NCBI GenBank assembly: GCA_041178465.1
Contig: JBEGVJ010000018.1
Span: forward strand, 960-64,959
DNA length: 64,000 bases
Direction: 5' to 3'
Origin: Nitrospirota bacterium
GTDB lineage: Bacteria; Nitrospirota; Nitrospiria; Nitrospirales; Nitrospiraceae
Made by a program: the position numbers and the translations under genes. Below are positions 47,468-56,067 of this stretch, in pieces. How positions within the stretch are numbered: the first letter of the stretch is position 1; each line of letters starts with the position of its first letter. The notes under the pieces were generated by a model. It did no database searches. It worked only from the letters and a program-made list of their open reading frames with translations, and was not told the origin of the DNA.

Positions 47468-48997
47468 TCAAAACTCCATTCGGCGGTCGAGACTGCGGTA
47501 TTGAATCGCTTCCGCCAGATGCGACGGCTCAATCGTATCAGCGCCTGCGAGATCGGCAATGGTTTTCGCCACCCGCACTATGCGCCCATGGGCCCGCGCA
47601 GACAACCCGAGCTTCGTCAGCGCCTCTTCGAGAAGATCCCGGGCCGGAGCGTCCAGGCCACAATACCGCTTCAGGAGGCGCGGCTTCAACTGGGCATTCG
47701 TATGGATCCCGTCCTGACGGTACCGATGGCGCTGCCGGTCCCGTGCGGCCAGGACTCGGGATCGAATTGTGGCGGAGCTTTCCGGCATAGGACCCTGGTC
47801 GTGGAGATCTCGCACAGAAACAGGCGGAACCTCGATATGCATGTCGATCCGGTCTTGGAGCGGCCCGGACAGTTTCGCTCGATAACGGCGTATTTGCTGA
47901 GGCGTGCAAAGGCATTCACGCGTGCGATCCCCATAGTAGCCGCAGGGACAGGGATTCATCGCGGCGATCAGCATGAACCGCGCCGGATAGCGGAGCGAGC
48001 CGCTGGCCCTGGTTAAAGTCACTTGCCCGTCTTCCAGCGGTTGCCGCAATCCGTCCAGGACGGGACGGCGAAACTCTGGCGATTCATCGAGAAACAGCAC
48101 GCCGTTATGGGCCAAGGACACTTCTCCCGGCCGGGGGACTGTTCCGCCTCCGATGAGCCCTGCATCGGAAATGCTGTGGTGCGGTGCGCGAAATGGGCGG
48201 ATGGTCAGCACCGGATGAGCGGACGTCAATTGTCCCGCCACGCTATGGACGCGGGTCGTTTCGATTGCTTCTTCCGGCTCCATGAGGGGCAGAATCGTCG
48301 GAAGACGTTTAGCCAGCATGGTCTTGCCGGATCCCGGCGGTCCCACCATCAAGAGGTTGTGGCCTCCTGCTGCGGCAATTTCCAGCGCACGCTTCGCGTG
48401 GTCTTGTCCCTTCACATCGCCATAGTCGTCATCTGTCACCGGACGAATGGTGAAAAACTGTTCGCGGTCCACATGGGCCGGAGCCAACGAAATCGCACCC
48501 TGAAGAAAAGCCACGGCTTCAGGGAGCGTGTGAAGAGGATAGGCGGTCACGCCCTGCACCATCGCCGCCTCTTGGCTATTTTCAGCCGGCAAGAGCAGCC
48601 GATGGTCTGTCCGACAGGCGATTCCAATCGATAAGGCACCGGTCACTCCCTTGATCTGTCCGTCCAGCGAGAGTTCACCGACACAGATAACATCTCGTAC
48701 ATTCTCGGGCGGAATGACTTCCTCCGCGACGAGGATGGCAATGGCCATCGCAAGGTCGAGCCCGGACCCCTCCTTCTTGATTCCAGCCGGTGCGAGATTC
48801 ACGGTGATCTTCTTGGCAGGAAAATGGAAGCCCGTATTCTTGAGTGCGGAGCGGACGCGATCTCGGCTTTCTCGCACGGTGGCATCCGGGAGACCGACGA
48901 CTGAGAATTGCGGAAGGCCTCCGGCAATATCAACTTCTACGTCGATCAGGTGTGCATCGATACCGACAAGTGCCGCACTCAGAACCTTTGCAAGCAT
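47468..48997 (-). CDS. comM: YifB/ComM family Mg-chelatase-like AAA+ ATPase
   Basis: ORF track 509 aa. It has a Lon-like N-domain, Walker A GPPGSGKT and a ChlI-like core (LFLDESPEF). Confidence 0.9.
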   Translation of the reverse strand: MLAKVLSAALVGIDAHLIDVEVDIAGGLPQFSVVGLPDATVRESRDRVRSALKNTGFHFPAKKITVNLAPAGIKKEGSGLDLAMAIAILVAEEVIPPENVRDVICVGELSLDGQIKGVTGALSIGIACRTDHRLLLPAENSQEAAMVQGVTAYPLHTLPEAVAFLQGAISLAPAHVDREQFFTIRPVTDDDYGDVKGQDHAKRALEIAAAGGHNLLMVGPPGSGKTMLAKRLPTILPLMEPEEAIETTRVHSVAGQLTSAHPVLTIRPFRAPHHSISDAGLIGGGTVPRPGEVSLAHNGVLFLDESPEFRRPVLDGLRQPLEDGQVTLTRASGSLRYPARFMLIAAMNPCPCGYYGDRTRECLCTPQQIRRYRAKLSGPLQDRIDMHIEVPPVSVRDLHDQGPMPESSATIRSRVLAARDRQRHRYRQDGIHTNAQLKPRLLKRYCGLDAPARDLLEEALTKLGLSARAHGRIVRVAKTIADLAGADTIEPSHLAEAIQYRSLDRRMEF

Positions 48998-49115
48998 GGG
49001 TCACTCCTGCGCAAGGCGAAAGGCTGCTGGATTATAGAAACCGTGGTCTTTTGTTGCAACCGAGAGAGGCGAAGTACTGCGTGATATGGTTTCATTTCCT
49101 CTGTATAATCGCGCA

Positions 49116-49682
49116 ATGGGTGCTCTCTCCCGTTTCCTGTTTCTTAATGTTTTCCTTGGCGCCACGATCGTGGCTGCGGCCAACCATGTTTTCGCCCAAG
49201 TGCCTAGCCATGCGGCTACCCCATCAGGACCGATTGGAGCGTCGATGGCAGTCATGGCCACGCTGCAAGATGCCGGGGTGCTTCCACCGGAAAATAGCCC
49301 TGAGGCGAATCGCGTCATCAAAGCGGTCATCCAATTTCAATCGGTCTTTATGAAAAGTGCTGACCCTGCCGTGCACACATTTTTGAGTCGGGCTCTGGCT
49401 ACACCGGGGGAACGCGCTGCTGACGCAACCATGTTCCAATTCCGTTCATTAGGCTGGACTTCCGAGGTGCTGGAGGCGCTCAATAGGCAGTGGATGGCGA
49501 CGGCTGTCGAGCAGCGTGCGATGTTGGCACCGGGCTTTCGCCAGTTCAACGTCAATCTTGAGGATTTCGATCAGTTGATGGAGCTCGTGGCGAAGGCGCG
49601 AACCGCTTTCATGCAACGGGGGCAGACGATTCACCAGGTGTTTGCGCAACGCCGGCGGGAAATGCCGGGCGGCGCACCGTAA
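49116..49682 (+). CDS. Hypothetical secreted protein
   Basis: ORF track 49086..49682. The signal peptide is MGALSRFLFLNVFLGATIVAAANHVFA. Confidence 0.5.
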   Translation: MGALSRFLFLNVFLGATIVAAANHVFAQVPSHAATPSGPIGASMAVMATLQDAGVLPPENSPEANRVIKAVIQFQSVFMKSADPAVHTFLSRALATPGERAADATMFQFRSLGWTSEVLEALNRQWMATAVEQRAMLAPGFRQFNVNLEDFDQLMELVAKARTAFMQRGQTIHQVFAQRRREMPGGAP

Positions 49683-49701
49683 CCGCAACAGGGAGGACAT
49701 A

Positions 49702-49938
49702 ATGGCCACGAAAGCCTATATCTTAATCAAGGTCAAAGCCGGGCGAACGAAAGATGTGCTGCAGTCGCTCAAGCGCCTCGCCGGCGTCGAGCAGGCCCAT
49801 TCCTGCTTCGGTCGGCCGGACATCATTGTGTTTATCAGTGTGGCGGACGAACGAGCCCTCTCTGATGTGGTGATTACGAAAATTCATCAGATCGAGGGAG
49901 TGGAAGAAACAGACACGCACATCGTCGCCGACGCCTAG
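49702..49938 (+). CDS. Stand-alone Lrp/AsnC-type ligand-binding (RAM) domain protein
   Basis: ORF track 49642..49938. I place the start at MATKAYILIKV, preceded by GGGAGG. It is 78 aa. Confidence 0.65.
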   Translation: MATKAYILIKVKAGRTKDVLQSLKRLAGVEQAHSCFGRPDIIVFISVADERALSDVVITKIHQIEGVEETDTHIVADA

Positions 49939-49969
49939 CAGGAATGCTTGTCGTTCGTCTCTCGTATCT

Positions 49970-49987
49970 CGTCGTTCGCGAACGACG
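49970..49987. terminator. Palindrome between convergent genes (possible bidirectional terminator)
   Basis: The perfect palindrome CGTCGTTCGCGAACGACG is flanked by TCGT-word and CACG-word runs. There is no clear U-tract. Confidence 0.35.
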
Positions 49988-49989
49988 CT

Positions 49990-50985
49990 TCACGCTTCAC
50001 GAGTGCCGGCACCAACGTTGACGGTGGCCCCGCCTTGTTCTGCCGAGCGGTAGCAGGCGTCGGCCACCTCGACGGCGCGGCAACCGTCACGCCCGGTGAT
50101 CGGCGGTGGCGTCTTCGTCTCGATGGCATGGACGAAGGCACGGAGCGTCGCAAGGATCGTCGGTTGCGGTTGGACGGCCCATTCCTGAGGAACGGCGTCA
50201 CCGATGACGCACGTCACTCGCTGGTAAAACCAATCGGCGGCGATCTGCCCCTTGGTTCCCACCCACTCAGTTCTTGCAACCCTGCCTGATTCAACTCGCG
50301 CAATATCCATGACACATCGTAATCCGCTCGCGGTATGGGCCAGCACAAGCGCCATCGACTCCGGTGCCAGAGGCGGAATCTGATCCATCTCGCAACGGAC
50401 ATCGGTGATCTCCTCGCCTGTGAGAAAGGGCACTACATCTAAAAAATGCACCCCCAATTCCAAGAGCACTCCGCGCTGACCTGGCATCGGTAACAGAGAC
50501 TGGGCGATGGCTTTCGTTTCAATCCGGCTGGTACAGGTGGCGGAGCGGAGCCGGCCGATTTCCGGCAAGTGCTCTTTCAACAAAAGAATCGTCCGGTCGA
50601 AGCGCAGGGTCTGCGCAGTCATGAGCAGGACGTTCGATTCTTCTGCCGCTGCCACCATGGCTCGCGCGTCATGGCCTGTCTCTGCTAACGGTTTTTCGAT
50701 GAGAAGCGGTTTTCCCGCCTTCACAGCCGCAAGACAGATCTCAAGGCAAAGAGATGGAGGAGTGACAACCACGACTGCCTGCACCGCCGGATCGGCGATC
50801 AAAGAACGATAGTCTCCATAGACGGGAATCTCTGCTGTGGGAGGAATACCTAGCCCCTCCCCGACCCGTTTCCTGCAGAGCGCCGCAAGGTGCACCCCTG
50901 GGAGGTCGTGCAGCAAATGGTGGATATAGCGGCTGCCGTGCCGACCGACACCGATGAGCCCAATTCCAAGCGACCTGGTCGTCAT
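49990..50985 (-). CDS. Gfo/Idh/MocA family oxidoreductase
   Basis: ORF track 331 aa. It has the N-terminal Rossmann motif IGLIGVGRHG and the EKPLA motif. Confidence 0.8.
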   Translation of the reverse strand: MTTRSLGIGLIGVGRHGSRYIHHLLHDLPGVHLAALCRKRVGEGLGIPPTAEIPVYGDYRSLIADPAVQAVVVVTPPSLCLEICLAAVKAGKPLLIEKPLAETGHDARAMVAAAEESNVLLMTAQTLRFDRTILLLKEHLPEIGRLRSATCTSRIETKAIAQSLLPMPGQRGVLLELGVHFLDVVPFLTGEEITDVRCEMDQIPPLAPESMALVLAHTASGLRCVMDIARVESGRVARTEWVGTKGQIAADWFYQRVTCVIGDAVPQEWAVQPQPTILATLRAFVHAIETKTPPPITGRDGCRAVEVADACYRSAEQGGATVNVGAGTREA

Positions 50986-51160
50986 CTGCCCCCGTGCGAG
51001 AAAACTGTAGTCGCGCTCGCAAGCTTGGTCAAACCCAAAGTTGATCCCGGCATCCAGATTGACAACCCGGCGGCACGGTCCCTATAGTACGCTGCGTTAT
51101 ATCATTCCTCCCCGAAGAGGGCTCACTCAGCAAAGCCTTGATGGAAAAGAGATTGCCGCA

Positions 51161-51958
51161 ATGATATCCACCATCGCCCCCTTTACCCTGGATCAAATCG
51201 GTACCGGCACAGCTCGCTTCCCGAGCGGTATCGCCATTCCGACGTTGACGGATGCCGCCGTCGATCCCTACATTCAGACCCGCGTCTCGAAACATGTCCA
51301 TGTGGACTGTGTTCAGTTCTGGCCCCAGCCCAAAGGGCTCTACCCCGGGCTCGTCCTCCTGCATGAAGAATGGGGACTGACCGCGCAAATCAAAGATCTG
51401 GGTGCCAGGCTGGCCTGCGAAGGCTATGGGGTCATCATTCCCAATTTGTACGGGCGCTTGGGCGGCATGGTGACGGCGAATGCAGAAGTCGCGGATGCGC
51501 TCATGGCCAAACTGAACGAAACGCTTGTCTTGCAAGATATCAATTCCTGCTGTGAGTTTCTTAATACGCGCGACCACATCAAGCAAAACATCCACGGCGT
51601 CGTCGGCTACGGCATGGGCGGGTCCTACGCGCTCCGGTTCGCCTGTCAACGGAAACGCCTGCGGGCAGCAGTGTCCTACTACGGGCGCGTGATGCAGCCG
51701 GAGACTGAGATCGCAAACTTATATCCTCCCCTGCTCTATCACCAGGCAGGGCAGGATCAATGGGTGCCCAGTGGCGATGTGGACCGATTGCGTGCCGCGG
51801 CAGCTCAGTATAAGAAACGAGTCGAGATCAAGACTTACCCCAATGCCCCCCATGCGTTTTGCAACGAGCAACGGGTGGAGAGCTATCGTGCCGATGCGAC
51901 AGCAGAGGCGTGGGAAGCCACGGCCGTGTTTCTGAAGACCTGCTTCCAAGGCACCTAA
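51161..51958 (+). CDS. Dienelactone hydrolase family protein
   Basis: ORF track 51041..51958. I place the start at MISTIAPF. It has the alpha/beta-hydrolase nucleophile elbow GYGMGG and the C-terminal NAPHAF. Confidence 0.7.
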   Translation: MISTIAPFTLDQIGTGTARFPSGIAIPTLTDAAVDPYIQTRVSKHVHVDCVQFWPQPKGLYPGLVLLHEEWGLTAQIKDLGARLACEGYGVIIPNLYGRLGGMVTANAEVADALMAKLNETLVLQDINSCCEFLNTRDHIKQNIHGVVGYGMGGSYALRFACQRKRLRAAVSYYGRVMQPETEIANLYPPLLYHQAGQDQWVPSGDVDRLRAAAAQYKKRVEIKTYPNAPHAFCNEQRVESYRADATAEAWEATAVFLKTCFQGT

Positions 51959-51968
51959 GCGGCGTCCC

Positions 51969-52946
51969 ATGACATTGTCTCAACGGCAAAATCGCGCTAT
52001 GCGCCAGCAGGTACGATCGTTTCAACGAGCCCCCTCTCGAATCTGGCTTGTTCCTATCCTCGTGGCAGTCTCCCTCTTCGGAGCCTGGCCCAACGCCATG
52101 GCACACGAATCCCTTCCCAGCGCCACGCCGGATTTCCCCTCGGTCATACGGCCCCATGCCGAGCGATTGGCCAAGGTGGAGTCGGACAAGGAGGCTATCG
52201 CTCTGTTCGTGACAGCGATCGGCCCTGCTCTCCAGCTGGGTGATGCGGCCAGAACCTTGGGCGCCAATGCCTTGCCGGTCAAGGTCGCCAAAGAACTTCT
52301 GGTGCCGGATCTGACTGCTGCGACCCATCGGTTCATGGGCAGTTTGGCAGCCTGGCATCTTGCCTCGACCGTTATGCAAGCCGTGAAAGATCGGCAAGTC
52401 ACATCTGTGACCGAACGGCTCTCCAGAACGGCAAAGCCTCTGACATGGCTCGCTCAACAGGACAAAGCCTCTTGGCATGATTCGCTGACTCAACTGTCGG
52501 ATGCAGCAGCTTCCCCTGAATGGGCCAATGGAAATCAGGGGGAGATTGCGGAACGAGCCGCCCGCCTGGAAGTGGCAGCGCTACAGGCCAGCTATCAGGA
52601 ATGGGATCGGATCAGGAATTGGAAAGATCGGGTGCGCGGGATCCGTGGACAAACCCGCCTCTGCGGAACCTGGCAGTGGATTATTCATAACCACCAGCAG
52701 CACCATCAAGAACAGAAACTTTCGCTCCTCTTTCCACCGGTCGGCGCGACGCAACAGACCCCCGGCCTCGTGGAAACGATCGTGCTGGGCGATAATGTGT
52801 ACTTACGGTGGGAGATTGACGGCCAGGTCCAGGAAGATAGCCTGCAATTCAGCAAAGAAGGTCAGCGGCTCGAAGGGACTTTTGTGAACTCCCAGGGCGG
52901 TTGGGGATCGATTAGCGGAAAGAGATCGGCTGGTTGCACCCCTTAG
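51969..52946 (+). CDS. Hypothetical secreted protein
   Basis: ORF track 325 aa. It has a signal/TM segment IWLVPILVAVSLFGAWPNAMA. Confidence 0.5.
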   Translation: MTLSQRQNRAMRQQVRSFQRAPSRIWLVPILVAVSLFGAWPNAMAHESLPSATPDFPSVIRPHAERLAKVESDKEAIALFVTAIGPALQLGDAARTLGANALPVKVAKELLVPDLTAATHRFMGSLAAWHLASTVMQAVKDRQVTSVTERLSRTAKPLTWLAQQDKASWHDSLTQLSDAAASPEWANGNQGEIAERAARLEVAALQASYQEWDRIRNWKDRVRGIRGQTRLCGTWQWIIHNHQQHHQEQKLSLLFPPVGATQQTPGLVETIVLGDNVYLRWEIDGQVQEDSLQFSKEGQRLEGTFVNSQGGWGSISGKRSAGCTP

Positions 52947-52991
52947 ATGACGGTGACGCGCGAGAATGGCGCGACGCAAACAGAGGGAACG

Positions 52992-53411
52992 TCACCTCGT
53001 CCCGCTTTTCCCGCCAGTCGCGCATATCACACCCCGCCAGATTCGCCAGCCAAACAACAGCCAGCCAGCCAGGAACGCCGCCCCTCCGATCGGTGTCACG
53101 GCCCCCATCCAGCGAACTCCTGCCAGAGACACCACATAGAGACTGCCTGAAAAAAGAAGAATGCCGATGGTGAAGAGCCATCCGGTCTGTTCAAGCCGTT
53201 GTCCCGGATAACGATCGATCGCCCAAGCCACGATACAGAGTCCGAAGGCATGGTACATCTGATAGCGGGCGGCTGTATCGAAGACTTGCAGTCTGTGCTC
53301 ATCCAGGATTTCTTTCAACGCATGGGCGCCGAACGCGCCAGCCGCAACCGCCAGTCCCGCAAAGACCGTTCCCAATACCAGAAATCGTTGAGAGAAAGAT
53401 CTGCCGGTCAT
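52992..53411 (-). CDS. DUF423 (YgdD-like) membrane protein
   Basis: ORF track 52992..53507. I place the start at MTGRSF, preceded by GGAGG. GAFGAHALK and four TM segments are typical of DUF423. Confidence 0.7.
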   Translation of the reverse strand: MTGRSFSQRFLVLGTVFAGLAVAAGAFGAHALKEILDEHRLQVFDTAARYQMYHAFGLCIVAWAIDRYPGQRLEQTGWLFTIGILLFSGSLYVVSLAGVRWMGAVTPIGGAAFLAGWLLFGWRIWRGVICATGGKSGTR

Positions 53412-53464
53412 GGAACCTCCGCTGGCAGGACATTCAGTGAAACGCACGGGGGGACGCGTCGTGA

Positions 53465-53553
53465 TGGTGGGGATGGAGGGGCTTGAACCCTCACGGTGCT
53501 TTCGCACCTCAGGATTTTAAGTCCTGTGCGTATGCCAATTTCGCCACATCCCC
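53465..53553 (-). tRNA. tRNA-Leu (anticodon UAA), long variable arm, CCA encoded
   Basis: Folded by hand on the minus strand: acceptor GGGGATG/CATCCCC, anticodon stem CAGGA/TCCTG with loop CTTAAAA, variable arm AGGTGCGAAAGCACCGT, T arm GAGGG-TTCAAGC-CCCTC, then A-CCA. Confidence 0.9.
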
Positions 53554-53718
53554 TCTCCACGACTGCAACGAGGTGGGATAATCCCACGAAGGAGAGGAGA
53601 GCCGCAAGCCTGAAGGCTGGAGCATCGCGTACGAGCTGGTCTCACGAACCGACAGTCTGCACCAACGATTGCGCAGACTGTCGGAGACACAGATCGGCTG
53701 ACCGAACGGCCAATCAAC

Positions 53719-53979
53719 TTACACAGCTTCAATATGCGCTCGCGGACTATCCCGCTGGATCAGAGACTTGCTGCGATCCATGACCTCTTTCACGCCTGAT
53801 TGCACCGACCGGCTCAGCCTCGTCGCTTTCACCTGAGCCTTTTTTGCATAGCGACCGATATCATGCCTGGTCTCTGCTCCCGTTTGCGGTGCGAAGAGCA
53901 ATCCAATTCCTGCTCCGATCACCGCCCCACCTGCCACCAACGCTGCGACCTTCGCTACCTGACGTCCTTGGTCCGACAT
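53719..53979 (-). CDS. YtxH-domain protein
   Basis: ORF track 53719..54309. I place the start at MSDQGRQ, preceded by AAGGAGG. GAGIGLLFAPQTGAETR is typical of YtxH. Confidence 0.7.
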   Translation of the reverse strand: MSDQGRQVAKVAALVAGGAVIGAGIGLLFAPQTGAETRHDIGRYAKKAQVKATRLSRSVQSGVKEVMDRSKSLIQRDSPRAHIEAV

Positions 53980-54311
53980 GGTGAACCTCCTTGATACGGT
54001 TGGTTGAATGAGGACTGTGCTTCCGGCACCCCGCAGCTTAGATACTTTTACTTGGCAGTAAACGTGCCAGAAGAGAAACCGTGAAAATATCTTATGATTC
54101 AGCTGGGAAACATTTTCTGCGATCAATCGTGGCTCATATATCGTTGTGTTATTTTCACAAACCAGGACACAGGCGTGACAGGAAACCAACAGACGAGAGG
54201 GGAACCAGTCCTGAAATAACGACCAGACTAGACCTCCCCTCCGGAGCATCCACAGGTTGCAATGGTTGAGAGCCTCCCCTATGATCCTGCCATAGCTTAC
54301 GTGAGGCACGA

Positions 54312-55118
54312 ATGAACTGGTTGCACGCGATCCCCTACCCCAACATCAGTCCTGTCTTCTTTGAGCTGGGCCCCCTGCAGTTTCGCTGGTACGGCCTGAT
54401 GTACCTGATCGGACTGGCGAGCGCCTATGTTCTGATCACCCGCCGAGTGGAGTCGAATGGCCTGCCTCTCACGAGAGATCGGGTCTACGATATGGTCGTG
54501 TGGGCAGCCTTAGGGGTGTTCATCGGGGGACGGGTCGGCTACACGCTCTTCTACAATTTTTCTTACTACGTGCAACATCCGGCCAAGATTCTTGCGGTCT
54601 GGGAAGGGGGCATGTCCTTCCACGGCGGCCTGCTCGGCGTCATCGTGGCCTTATTTTGGTTCAGCCGGCGGCAGAACATTTCCGCCTACACCGTTGCAGA
54701 CTTGGCGGCGGCTGCCACCCCGATCGGGCTAGGATTCGGACGGCTCGGCAATTTCATCAATGGGGAATTATACGGCCGAGCGACCGATGTCGACTGGTGC
54801 ATGGTGTTTCCAAACGGAGGGCCTGTCTGCCGCCACCCATCGCAACTCTACGAGGCCGGCCTTGAGGGGCTGCTCTTGTTCACCCTGCTATGGATCATCG
54901 CGAAAACCCTGCCGCCGCCGGGAACGATTTTCTGGAGTTTTATCGCAGGCTATGGACTCTGCCGCATGATCGTCGAATTCTTTCGCGAACCGGATGCGCA
55001 CCTCGGTTTCATTCTGGGATCGTTCTCCATGGGGCAACTCCTCTCCTTCCCCATGATCGTCGTGGGAATCTTCATGCTTACCCTCGGCTATCAACGCCGC
55101 GCGTCACGACAAGTCTAG
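54312..55118 (+). CDS. lgt: Prolipoprotein diacylglyceryl transferase
   Basis: ORF track 268 aa. Lgt-type motifs are LQFRWYGLMY, GGMSFHGG, GRLGNFINGELYG and HPSQLYE. Confidence 0.9.
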   Translation: MNWLHAIPYPNISPVFFELGPLQFRWYGLMYLIGLASAYVLITRRVESNGLPLTRDRVYDMVVWAALGVFIGGRVGYTLFYNFSYYVQHPAKILAVWEGGMSFHGGLLGVIVALFWFSRRQNISAYTVADLAAAATPIGLGFGRLGNFINGELYGRATDVDWCMVFPNGGPVCRHPSQLYEAGLEGLLLFTLLWIIAKTLPPPGTIFWSFIAGYGLCRMIVEFFREPDAHLGFILGSFSMGQLLSFPMIVVGIFMLTLGYQRRASRQV

Positions 55119-55120
55119 CG

Positions 55121-55244
55121 CAGGATGCTCAAAAAGGCCGTCAGCAAGGCCGCAGCCGATGAAAGCACCGGAGGCGTAGCCTCTGGCTACGTTGAGGATG
55201 CTTTCAAGGCGAGAACGAAGCTGACGGCCTTTTTGAGCATCCGC
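55121..55244. repeat. 124-nt palindromic intergenic repeat, copy B (perfect 23-bp terminal inverted repeats)
   Basis: The termini are GGATGCTCAAAAAGGCCGTCAGC ... GCTGACGGCCTTTTTGAGCATCC, with an inner hairpin CGTAGCC-tct-GGCTACG. It fills the whole gap between the convergent lgt and peptidase genes. Confidence 0.85.
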
Positions 55245-55646
55245 TCAGTACGGCATGTCCTCGTCATCTAACCCGACATGGTGTCCCAGTTCATGGACGA
55301 CCGTATCGCGGACCTCGTGAATGACTTCGGCCTTCGTTCGGCAGAGACGCAGGATGGGGCCTCGATAAATGGCGATGCGGGCAGGCAGCTCACCGGCAGG
55401 CTGGAAAAACGACGTCTCGTCGATCGGGATTCCTTGATACAAACCCAGCAGATCGTCTTCTGACTCTAGCTCAAGATCCTGGAGAACGTCGGCCGGAGGC
55501 TCTGCTTCGACCACAATGGAAACTTCCTCGGCGAGTGCCGCAAACGGGGCAGGTAGTCCGGCGAGCGCCTCTTGAATCCAGCCGTCGAATTCTTCCTGCG
55601 AGACGGTCAGGGCATGGCGAGATCGTGGCACGCTGGTTCCTCGCAA
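55245..55646 (-). CDS. Zincin-like metallopeptidase family protein (DUF1025-type)
   Basis: ORF track 133 aa. It has the HELGHH zinc motif near the C-terminus and an acidic middle region. Confidence 0.65.
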   Translation of the reverse strand: MRGTSVPRSRHALTVSQEEFDGWIQEALAGLPAPFAALAEEVSIVVEAEPPADVLQDLELESEDDLLGLYQGIPIDETSFFQPAGELPARIAIYRGPILRLCRTKAEVIHEVRDTVVHELGHHVGLDDEDMPY

Positions 55647-55649
55647 CGG

Positions 55650-56054
55650 CTATTGCGGCTTGGCGTCCAAGTACGATTTCTTATTGAGATCGTCGTCGAA
55701 GCTGCGGGCACGAAGTGGAGGCGCATCCCAGATGACCTTGTTCCCAGGAGCCAGATTCGCAGCCTCCATATAATGCTTCTTGGCCTCAACCGTTTTGCCG
55801 GCACGATGCAATGCGACAGCCAGGTTATAATGTGCCTCCGCCAATGTCGGCTCGGCAGCAATCGTTTGACGATAGACTTGTTCAGCCTCAGCCCACTTTT
55901 GCGCAGCGAACAGCGCGTTACCTCGATCCAATTGTGTGGCCAGGGCGGGAGAAACTCCTGCCGGAGCCTGCAGCACAGATATCGGTTTCGATATCGGACT
56001 TGTGCAAGCCGCGAGGAACCATATCCCCATCGCACTGACGAATCTGGCGTTCAT
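55650..56054 (-). CDS. TPR-repeat lipoprotein
   Basis: ORF track 55650..56087. I place the start at MNARFVSAMGIWFLAAC (AGGAGG upstream), which contains the lipobox FLAAC. TPR-like AEAHYNLAVALHRAGK is present. Confidence 0.6.
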   Translation of the reverse strand: MNARFVSAMGIWFLAACTSPISKPISVLQAPAGVSPALATQLDRGNALFAAQKWAEAEQVYRQTIAAEPTLAEAHYNLAVALHRAGKTVEAKKHYMEAANLAPGNKVIWDAPPLRARSFDDDLNKKSYLDAKPQ

Positions 56055-56067
56055 AGGCAGCCTCCTG

